A stretch of DNA of 64,000 nt from assembly GCA_016930675.1 (NCBI GenBank), contig JAFGGG010000042.1, positions 16,423 through 80,422 on the forward strand, written 5' to 3'. The notes below the pieces were generated by a model. It had not been told where the DNA came from and searched no databases. It was given only the letters and a program-made list of their open reading frames with translations. The stretch is from Spirochaetales bacterium (lineage in GTDB: Bacteria > Spirochaetota > Spirochaetia > SZUA-6 > RPPD01). Each line of letters begins with the position of its first letter. Position 1 is the stretch's first letter. The position numbers and the translations under genes are program-made. Shown here piece after piece: positions 47,801 through 55,189 of this stretch.

Positions 47801-47864
47801 TGAGCAATAAGAAAATTACTAATAAAACAAAGTGCCAATTTTTCATGTTCATTCTGTTCCTCAA
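44823..47864 (-). CDS. Large (1013-aa) WD40/beta-propeller repeat lipoprotein
   Basis: Signal peptide plus Cys (NIFACTTG). Multiple WD-like repeats (e.g. GTKNGTVTFWDMEGNKL). Confidence 0.5.
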   Translation of the reverse strand: MRNRMNMKNWHFVLLVIFLLLNIFACTTGKSHSNLIDTLEGFHLKETNTPTIKPIVLDAKKLKDFSYNEDSSLNWFPIGYRGLTVIDRETGRRKEPEIGYDFNTLLVSVYLADKENNILFIQSYETVNSDTEYVIYDFNKDKNIVSKIIDDPIRFIPFEPGKMLVMDKTGSWYFSDYELIAKTTNKLTDELTRQIIRISGKREVRHLSPDMWDELSQSDLFDLSFINEPIQDNTLNIEKRMMFGERRDLSWTHPTFVSIYWDDSINNVRIEPVYKQRAGDLQVLDRFIFSADGNWAKWEASSFDKNYRDYVPELYFHLVGDEHPQKISMPVYGGTFATKSLEEKIDDGSFSDPARASEYVRGEFLYHDDYGACFVCYNLLNEGYLLVYPYDEIVRTYLSGKDNPKEENKKQLEKLTHYNMARNGTLAYRFLLFKQEFEFYKIINFKTLEADFWSASMPEPTSAAFLSSDGLHLLAIEEAGRLSLWNVLLDKKEIHIIKRWQPELSLITTAVFSPVNNFFVTGTKNGTVTFWDMEGNKLSEFKASTEHINSFYISEDGKYILIGYKNHIPQLWETGGVKISDLEIKDIKYKRLAHFEFGKNALYIAQEEIGIHKFDLKGRLIHTLYSKHNYNITHFSISDDETEIAIWENYYDLFLILDSTGSMASFHNKPWIICKDNWDQTVTLWSKHEQLEKEIILNNRYGFNQITLSNDGTFYACGQENKLIILDSTYDPIYVSEEQSAYISHVAIAPDSRHIAAVDAEGTAFMWEITGNEINKYTLPKITSPQGIGFNNSSTELVMWSHNQIIASDIMGNILTSFETKEKSEKIAGVDYNSLYYVIKGTVHPVIKKLDDSDFSYIIEKIENGYVEDLRSEDYICRVFFSNDSEKLLLVSNFDKVYLFMMKTKNLIPTAIPVNMSDALYYAVSTPKAVNANILKNPIMLSPSGKFIFSYSTKSHEGNPDVYIGQNTVYSWNGDPVLHIESALNLGSAIFSYNEKFLITASGNRIKYWNISN

Positions 47865-47890
47865 GTTTTCCGTTATTGAATAGGGTATTG

Positions 47891-49627
47891 TTATTTTACA
47901 ATTTTCCCCTGATCGTACCTCAAAGCCGCACCGCTGTGGGTGGTCTGGTAAAGAGAAATCACGGACTGCCCTGAAGTAATGAGGCTGCCGTTTATCGCAG
48001 ATTGTTTAAAAACCATCCGTGAATCTTCTTGCGCCAGCACCATGCAGTTTATTTCGCTGTCAGTGATAATTGTTTGAGACCGGCCGCTTGCTCCCAGGTA
48101 GCCGCCGCTGCCGTCGCAGACCGATTTATTTATATTTATGACAGAGTCCTTCATGGAAATTGATTCTCCGTATTCACAGTTTTCGATCGTAAGCCGGGCC
48201 GTGTCTTCCGTATAGAAGTTCCAGCTTTGAACTGAGGAATTAGTGAAGTACAGCGTATGTACTTTGGTTTTAAGCGGATAATCGACAAAGGAAGCCTGGT
48301 TTTTCAGATCGGATATGCGGTCTTGGGTAGAGCCTTTAAAAAGAAAGCCGAGCGCGCGAATTTTTGAATCTTTCAGAGTAATATTGCAGCCCGGTTTGGC
48401 GATAAATCCGTATAACAAGCCGGAACAGTTGTTCACGGTTATATTATTTGTCAGCGCGGGCGGAGTCTGCCAGCGGTCAACTGTATCTCCGGCCGGATAG
48501 ACAAGCGGTTCGTACAGTTCTTGCGCCGTGCAGATCCAGAAAATGATACCGCTGCTGTTTTTTAGAGTGCATGCGGAATTTTCAAAGATTATGAACTCTC
48601 CTCCGTGTGAGACATGATCTGCAAGTAATGTCGAGTTTGCGAGTGTGGAAAAACTGAAACCTGACATAAGCATATCCACATGAGCCAGGGTAAACTGTGA
48701 TTGCTCTATGGCCGCGCCGCAGATGTCGTATTCTGAAAGCAGCTCGCTGTGGGTAATGGTAATGGCCCCGTTTTTAATTACCACTATGTGTTCTCCGCGG
48801 TAATTCTGTTTGATGTGTAAAAATCCGTTTTTAAAGCTTAACCTGCCGTTATCAATGCCGATTTCACCGTCTACAATCAGGCGCGTGCTTGACACTTCCA
48901 GTTCTGCATTATTTATAAGATAAAGATTGCCCTGAATATACGTCGGTTCTGAAATCGTTTTTAATTCCCCGTTTAAGAGATAATCTCCTTTGATAATATG
49001 ATAATCCGATCTTATAATATTGATATCATCCAGGCAGACTGTGTTTTCAGCTCCGCCGCCCCAAAGAGTCTGAAGATCAAATGCCGCGTATCCGTAGGTT
49101 ATGCATGAAGCATCGAGCTTTGCTTTTTTGACAGGGGAGTCTTCGGTGCACTGGAAATCATCCGGTGTAAGCTCTACCTTCTGCCACGTGGCTTGGGCAC
49201 ACTCAACAAACGCGGCAAACACCGCTTTATCATTGTCTTCAAAAGCCAGAACCCAGGTGGTACTGGCTTCAGATTTTATCCAGAAGCTGATGCGTTTAAA
49301 ATCTCGTAAAAGAACAAGATGAAAAAGGGCGGGTGCCGGTGTGCCCTGTTTTGTATATTTGAAGGCCAGGACAGTGGTATTCTTGCCTGTGGGTCCTGTG
49401 GTGTTTGTTCTGGTAAACTGCGCATCGCCCGCAGGTCCGTCGGGTATTCCCACGACACTCCAGTGTGAAAGAGATTCCGTATTTTCAAAATCCTCTTTTT
49501 CCTGATCCGTAAAGAGTGCTGTAGCAGCTGAAAAAATCTGATCGGCTGTCTTGGAATCCTTATTGCACATTGAGAAAAAGCAGCTCAATATAAGTAATAC
49601 TATGAGAAGCTCGGAACGGTTTTTCAT
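47891..49627 (-). CDS. Lipoprotein with probable parallel beta-helix repeats (hypothetical)
   Basis: Start chosen at the internal Met (MKNRSELLIVLLILSCFFSMC), giving a lipobox. Repetitive N/S/G/T-rich segments. The longest ORF (to 49741) would overlap the next gene. Confidence 0.4.
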   Translation of the reverse strand: MKNRSELLIVLLILSCFFSMCNKDSKTADQIFSAATALFTDQEKEDFENTESLSHWSVVGIPDGPAGDAQFTRTNTTGPTGKNTTVLAFKYTKQGTPAPALFHLVLLRDFKRISFWIKSEASTTWVLAFEDNDKAVFAAFVECAQATWQKVELTPDDFQCTEDSPVKKAKLDASCITYGYAAFDLQTLWGGGAENTVCLDDINIIRSDYHIIKGDYLLNGELKTISEPTYIQGNLYLINNAELEVSSTRLIVDGEIGIDNGRLSFKNGFLHIKQNYRGEHIVVIKNGAITITHSELLSEYDICGAAIEQSQFTLAHVDMLMSGFSFSTLANSTLLADHVSHGGEFIIFENSACTLKNSSGIIFWICTAQELYEPLVYPAGDTVDRWQTPPALTNNITVNNCSGLLYGFIAKPGCNITLKDSKIRALGFLFKGSTQDRISDLKNQASFVDYPLKTKVHTLYFTNSSVQSWNFYTEDTARLTIENCEYGESISMKDSVININKSVCDGSGGYLGASGRSQTIITDSEINCMVLAQEDSRMVFKQSAINGSLITSGQSVISLYQTTHSGAALRYDQGKIVK

Positions 49628-49676
49628 ATTTGGATTGTATGTTTGAAATGTCGTGTGTGTCAAGAAAATGATTGAT

Positions 49677-50801
49677 TTAAAAATGAAATATAAACGCAAA
49701 CAGCAATGGTGTCCATGCGTCACCGGTAGTACGGGTTTCATTCAGTAAAAATGCGGTATAGAAATTAAGGGCAAAAGCGTTAAAAAGGGAGAGATAAACT
49801 CCTGCTCCGGCAGAAAAGACAAATCCGGATTCATTGTAATCTAGATAATCATAATATGCTCCGTCCAGAAAAACCGTAATTCCGGGGATGATATCGGCTG
49901 AACCCACTGCCGGCAGATTGGTGCGAATTTCTAGATTGCCCACAATTTTTAACGGTGTGTCAAAGCGGCAGTCCTCAATACCGCGTACAGCATACCCCAC
50001 AGCTTTACGCGGGGTTTTGCCGCCCATGGATTCGCGAATTGAAAGCGGAACATACTTTCCCCAGGCATAATCCAAGCCGAGAAATACTCCCAAATAAGAA
50101 CTCAATATGTTTAAATTGGAATCAGGTGCAAGATCAAATAGGGGGACAAAGGCACGTGTCGAGAGATTAAATCGCAGGTAATCCGACCTTCCCACTGTTA
50201 AGTTAAAAAGCCACTGCGGACCATACTCCAAAGATATTTCAGCCTGAGTGCCTGCCGGCAGCTGGTGTGGACTGTTATAATCGATATCTTTCCATTCAAG
50301 GCCAACCATAACGGAATTTTGAAGCTGATGCTCTCTGTCCGGCAGACAACCGGCAAATAGCAGCTGATTTGTATTTGCATCGTCAAAGTTAAGATAGTAA
50401 TGCGATTTTAAACACGCAAACAGCTCCAGGAGGTTGTGCATCTCTTTTAAGTTCCATAACAGTCCTTGAGTCAAGGAAAGAGAAAGTTTAAAACCTGCTC
50501 TTGCATATACCGGACCTGATTCGGGATCAAAACCGGCAACAGAACCATCAAAAGGCTCATCGTCAGGAGTGCGGTAGTAACCGAACCAATCGTAGCCTCC
50601 GCCTACTCCGATTGCAAAAATAGTATCCACCTCAGGAAAAAATCCTAAATCTTTAAAACCAAGAATCAGGGTCGCCCCGATAAAATCAGGTTCAATATCA
50701 AAGAACATCGGGCTTTGCTCACCTGTTGCATATTGAGCGTATAAATCGCTTGGGATTATCATTACATAAAGTATCAATAAATATAAGTATTGTTTCTTCA
50801 T
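49677..50801 (-). CDS. Outer-membrane beta-barrel protein (hypothetical)
   Basis: Signal peptide. Alternating amphipathic beta-strand pattern. C-terminal aromatic signature ...FIFHF. Confidence 0.5.
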   Translation of the reverse strand: MKKQYLYLLILYVMIIPSDLYAQYATGEQSPMFFDIEPDFIGATLILGFKDLGFFPEVDTIFAIGVGGGYDWFGYYRTPDDEPFDGSVAGFDPESGPVYARAGFKLSLSLTQGLLWNLKEMHNLLELFACLKSHYYLNFDDANTNQLLFAGCLPDREHQLQNSVMVGLEWKDIDYNSPHQLPAGTQAEISLEYGPQWLFNLTVGRSDYLRFNLSTRAFVPLFDLAPDSNLNILSSYLGVFLGLDYAWGKYVPLSIRESMGGKTPRKAVGYAVRGIEDCRFDTPLKIVGNLEIRTNLPAVGSADIIPGITVFLDGAYYDYLDYNESGFVFSAGAGVYLSLFNAFALNFYTAFLLNETRTTGDAWTPLLFAFIFHF

Positions 50802-50892
50802 TTATAGCCTCAGCTTCTATAACACGTGTAAAAAAGTTTTATGTTACTTTTTTTGACGATTACTTGAAGAAGTTTTAAAATCATGAGAGGGT

Positions 50893-51600
50893 ATGAGTAC
50901 AATAATGCAGCCTTGGTATTATGATGAATTCCAGCAGACAGGACTCGATTACTCAGATGCGCTTAATGTTGAAACCTACGACAAACAGATGCAGAGGTTT
51001 CGTGATTATAAAAAAGAAGCTGAAACTATAATGAAATTTTTGGATCTTACTCCTAAGGCGCATGTCCTGGAAATAGGCACCGGCACCGGCCATTTTGCCA
51101 TTGAGGCAGCCGGTGTATATAAAATGGTAACTGCTTTTGACACATCCAAAGGTATGCTTGAATACGCAAAGCAAAAAGCCAAACAGTATGCTCGTACCAA
51201 TATCAAATGGATAAACAAGGGATTTTTAAGCCTTGATGATACTAAAAAATATGATGCAGTTGTCACAAATATGGCGCTGCACCATCTGCCTGATTTTTGG
51301 AAGGCAGTGGCATTCAACAACATTTATCGTAGCCTTAAACAAAAGGGAAAACTCTATTTGGGTGATGTAATTTTTTCGTTTGATCCTTCATGTTATCGGG
51401 AAAAGATAGAAGTATGGATGAAAGACATTACCGAACTTCTGGGCGGTAAGAAAATGAAGAAAGAAGCCGTTATGCATATCAGCGAGGAATACTCTACCTA
51501 CGATTGGGTGATTGAAAAGCTTTTGCATATTTCAGGTTTTAGGTATAAGATTATTCATAAGGATAATTTTAAAGCAGTATATCTGGCCGTAAAGGATTGA
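50893..51600 (+). CDS. Class I SAM-dependent methyltransferase
   Basis: Motif I VLEIGTGTGHFA. Motif II-like DAVVTNMALHH. 235 aa. Confidence 0.7.
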   Translation: MSTIMQPWYYDEFQQTGLDYSDALNVETYDKQMQRFRDYKKEAETIMKFLDLTPKAHVLEIGTGTGHFAIEAAGVYKMVTAFDTSKGMLEYAKQKAKQYARTNIKWINKGFLSLDDTKKYDAVVTNMALHHLPDFWKAVAFNNIYRSLKQKGKLYLGDVIFSFDPSCYREKIEVWMKDITELLGGKKMKKEAVMHISEEYSTYDWVIEKLLHISGFRYKIIHKDNFKAVYLAVKD

Positions 51601-51621
51601 TTTCTGGAGGATTATACCAAA

Positions 51622-52044
51622 GTGGTTGCAGTAAAAAAATATTTTGTGTGCCTTATTCTTATCTCGCTAATAGGATTCCCCGTTTTTTCAGATGAAGTTG
51701 AAGGTCTCGGATTCATAATGAAACATAATACAATAACGTCCACTATTGCGGATTCACATGCTCATTCACCCGATTTTGATTTTTTTGCCGAAGAAACCAG
51801 CGAGGTTAAACTACTCCTGCTCAGTTTACTCAAGTTTTATCAGCTCGTTATCTCTTCTCAGGACAAGCCGGCGTGTATGTTTACTCCCACCTGCTCCGAA
51901 TACACCCGGCTGGCTATCCAGAAGCACGGTTTTATAGCGGGTATTGTCATGGGCGCGGCGCGTATTTTGCGCTGCAATGGCACGGGCCGTAAGTATTATA
52001 CTGTTGACGAAGAAACGGGTCGGCTTTCAGATCCGGTTGAGTAA
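51622..52044 (+). CDS. YidD-like membrane protein insertion efficiency factor domain protein with N-terminal extension
   Basis: C-terminal ~70 aa carry the YidD signature (CMFTPTCSEYTRLAIQKHG...AARILRCN). The N-terminal ~65 aa with a signal/TM segment are additional. Confidence 0.6.
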   Translation: MVAVKKYFVCLILISLIGFPVFSDEVEGLGFIMKHNTITSTIADSHAHSPDFDFFAEETSEVKLLLLSLLKFYQLVISSQDKPACMFTPTCSEYTRLAIQKHGFIAGIVMGAARILRCNGTGRKYYTVDEETGRLSDPVE

Positions 52045-52164
52045 AGCAGTTCCCGGAAGCAATTAACAAGAAGCTACTACCCAAAAAAGTATTAATTCTA
52101 TCGCAAAATTACCATTCTCTTTTCGTTATTATATACAGATTGACGTTTATGGAAGGAGAATGAC

Positions 52165-54213
52165 ATGAAAGGATTTGTAAAAATAGTAATCGCAGTACTG
52201 TTAATGACTGCACTCTTCACCTGTCAGGTGACTGTGGCCAATGGTCCACCTACAGGCCCACCTGGATCGCAATTGTCGGGCAGTGTGGTTTTTGTGATAG
52301 GTTCTTCCAATATGAGGGCTGCCCTATCTTTAGATGATGTTGCTGCTCTGGTTGTTACCATAGAAAATAGTAACGGCCAAGTGCCTTACTCTACAAAAAA
52401 GGTTGAGTTGTATGGGTATAACGGTGAGTTTTACAGCCAAGAACTTCAGTTGCCAGTAGGTGACTATGAACTGACACGTTTTTTGGTTGTAGATAACGAA
52501 AATAATATCTTATTTCTCACGCCGCTTGAAGGTTCTTTAAAGGACTACGCAGTTAGCGAGCCTTTACCGCTTCTGTTTTCCGTAACGGAAGAGAGCGCTG
52601 TAACCGTGGAACCTGAGGTAATGGAAATTAACGGGCCGCTGGCAGATTACGGTTATGCCGGCTTCGATATTAATGTGGTGTCCGATACTATGCTTAAAAA
52701 CGGCAACTTTAACAGTGAAAGTTCGGATTGGGCTTTTTGGACAAACGACACCGGTGTGGGCTCTATGGTCATTGAAAACGGTGAGATGCTGGTGCTGATA
52801 ACCGATCCCGGTTCTTACCCCTGGTCGGCCGCGGTAAGCCAGTCTGGATTAACCATTGAGGATGGTGCCGGCTATTCTGTTACATTTCAGGCGCGGGCGG
52901 ATGTGCCTACTACCATTTCTTTATCCTTGCAAATGGACCAGGATCCCTGGACCCAGTACTCGGGGAATAACTTTTTCAATCTTACAACAGAGATGAACGA
53001 TTTCAGTTACAGTTTCACGATGTGGGAACCAACGGATACGGCAGCAGGATTTCAGTTAAGATTCGGAGGACCACATCAGAATGCTTCGAATATTTATATT
53101 GATAATGTGGTGATGCAGAAGACGAGTAATGCTCCTGAAGGTATACCGGCATCGGATGGACTGTTGGATCCCTTTACCCAGAATCAACTGCTCAGCAAAT
53201 GTATGAATATGGGAAATTATCTGGAATCACCTCCGCCGGAAGGTTCATGGTACAATGGCGACGGTCAGGAACATTTAATGGAAGAGTACTTTTTCAATGT
53301 ACTCAAGCAAAAGGGATTCACCGCCGTGCGTATTCCCATCCGCTTTTCCGCTTATGCCGCAAATGATTATCCCTATACCATTCAAACAAACCTCCTGGAA
53401 CGGGTAGATGAAGTAGTGAACTGGGCTTTACATTATGACCTCGCCGTAATAATTGATATGCACCATTATTTGGAGATAATGGAAAATCCTTCTGAACATA
53501 AAGCGCGTTTTATCGCCATGTGGAAACAGATAGCCGAGCGCTATAAGAATTATTCCGACAATGTATTTTTTGAACTGCTTAACGAACCAATGGGTAATCT
53601 GAATGCAAATCGCTGGAATGAGTATCTGTATGATTGTCTGTTTGAAGTAAGGAAGATCGATAACCATCATACAGTGATTATAGATTCCGCGGACTGGGCC
53701 AGTGTTGATGCTTTGGGTATGTTGCATGTTCCGGAGTCGGAGACCAATACCATAATCAGTTTTCACTATTATCATCCTATGATTTTCACCACCCAGGGGG
53801 CCTCCTGGGTTCCTTACCTTACTAATATTACCGGGATCATTTTCCCCGGACCGCCCAGTGAACCCTATGTGCCGCCTGCAGATACTGTGCAGTGGGTGAA
53901 AGATTGGATTAATGAATATAATACAGTAAGCGATCCTGATCTCAATCCCAGTGGGTATAAGCTGATTCGAGACCATATGGATTATGCTTATCAGTGGAGC
54001 ATTAATAATAACAGACCTTTGTTCATGGGAGAATTCGGGGTCATATCGCATGTGGATATACAGTCACAGGTTAATTGGCTGGTATATATGCGTACTCAAA
54101 TGGAAGCAAAAGGTATCGCTTGGGCATACTGGAATTTCAGTTCCAGCCACAGAATATATGATATTGAGAACCAAGTCTGGATAGAGGAACTGACTCAAGC
54201 TTTGGGTTTATAA
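52165..54213 (+). CDS. Glycoside hydrolase family 5 endoglucanase with N-terminal carbohydrate-binding-like domains
   Basis: GH5 acid/base FELLNEP and nucleophile FMGEFGV. Signal peptide. ~330-aa N-terminal beta-rich region. RBS GGAAGGAGAATGACATG. Confidence 0.75.
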   Translation: MKGFVKIVIAVLLMTALFTCQVTVANGPPTGPPGSQLSGSVVFVIGSSNMRAALSLDDVAALVVTIENSNGQVPYSTKKVELYGYNGEFYSQELQLPVGDYELTRFLVVDNENNILFLTPLEGSLKDYAVSEPLPLLFSVTEESAVTVEPEVMEINGPLADYGYAGFDINVVSDTMLKNGNFNSESSDWAFWTNDTGVGSMVIENGEMLVLITDPGSYPWSAAVSQSGLTIEDGAGYSVTFQARADVPTTISLSLQMDQDPWTQYSGNNFFNLTTEMNDFSYSFTMWEPTDTAAGFQLRFGGPHQNASNIYIDNVVMQKTSNAPEGIPASDGLLDPFTQNQLLSKCMNMGNYLESPPPEGSWYNGDGQEHLMEEYFFNVLKQKGFTAVRIPIRFSAYAANDYPYTIQTNLLERVDEVVNWALHYDLAVIIDMHHYLEIMENPSEHKARFIAMWKQIAERYKNYSDNVFFELLNEPMGNLNANRWNEYLYDCLFEVRKIDNHHTVIIDSADWASVDALGMLHVPESETNTIISFHYYHPMIFTTQGASWVPYLTNITGIIFPGPPSEPYVPPADTVQWVKDWINEYNTVSDPDLNPSGYKLIRDHMDYAYQWSINNNRPLFMGEFGVISHVDIQSQVNWLVYMRTQMEAKGIAWAYWNFSSSHRIYDIENQVWIEELTQALGL

Positions 54214-54228
54214 ATATACGGCAAACCT

Positions 54229-54273
54229 GGATAGTGGTCCAAGGAAAACCTGGACTGCTATCCATTTTTTTCT
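54229..54273 (+). terminator. Rho-independent terminator downstream of the GH5 gene
   Basis: Imperfect 13-bp stem ggatagtggtcca / tggactgctatcc followed by ATTTTTTTCT. Confidence 0.6.
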
Positions 54274-54356
54274 ATAAAGTATTGGTATAATTAAAAGTAG
54301 AGCGTAATCCGCAAATTTTATTACGTTCATTCGTTATTAATAATGTACAAACCGCT

Positions 54357-55133
54357 ATGAAGGAGTTGGTAATGAAAATAGCCGTAATGGTACCTATCGG
54401 TACAGATAGAAATTATTTACATTTTTCCGAACAGTGTGTGCGTTCCGGTTTTTCATTTGTCTCTGTGATTGGTACAATGAAAGCTGATACTCACATTCAA
54501 CAGATAATTGAGCACCTGGATGCGTGTAATATCAGCCGCGATCACCTTTATTTTATTCCCGGATACACCTCTTTGAATGATATATTTTCCTGTATCCCGA
54601 GTGAACCCCAATGTACTGATGAGGATGACAAGAGTAAGTTAGCTTTACACTACAACCTGGGACCCAAGGATTGGTTTTTTATCAATCGACATGACCTGGC
54701 CGTTGTTTCATACAAGGACGGTAACTTTAAAGAGTTGTTAAAGAACAAGAAAGATGCATTAGTACTGGCAGTCGATTTCTTGGATGTAACGGCTTATTAC
54801 GAAATAATGAATTTCATGCCGCAGTGCGCTGTTTCTTTTCTAGACGGAGATAGCGAAACCGTGGGTTTTTTCTTGGATTACTCTAACTATCTGCCCGGAC
54901 CTATTGTAATAAACTCACGATCACAGGGACCCGTTATTCTCTATAAAGGTAAGCATTACACATATCCGATATCTCAAACAGAGCCGCACATGGATTCGGA
55001 TCTGTATACAGATTCATACCAGGCTGCATTCATTTATTCGTGGTTTAAAACAAAAGATGTCCGGAAAGCTATGAGATCTGCGGCCAAGGCAGCTGTTAGG
55101 CTTCCTGTACACGCAGCAGTGATGAATACTTAG
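54357..55133 (+). CDS. Hypothetical protein
   Basis: 258-aa ORF with no recognisable motif. Confidence 0.35.
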   Translation: MKELVMKIAVMVPIGTDRNYLHFSEQCVRSGFSFVSVIGTMKADTHIQQIIEHLDACNISRDHLYFIPGYTSLNDIFSCIPSEPQCTDEDDKSKLALHYNLGPKDWFFINRHDLAVVSYKDGNFKELLKNKKDALVLAVDFLDVTAYYEIMNFMPQCAVSFLDGDSETVGFFLDYSNYLPGPIVINSRSQGPVILYKGKHYTYPISQTEPHMDSDLYTDSYQAAFIYSWFKTKDVRKAMRSAAKAAVRLPVHAAVMNT

Positions 55134-55189
55134 GAAATTTGTTTTTATTTCTCATCGAATAGTCTTAGAATTAATAGTAGGAAACTGCT

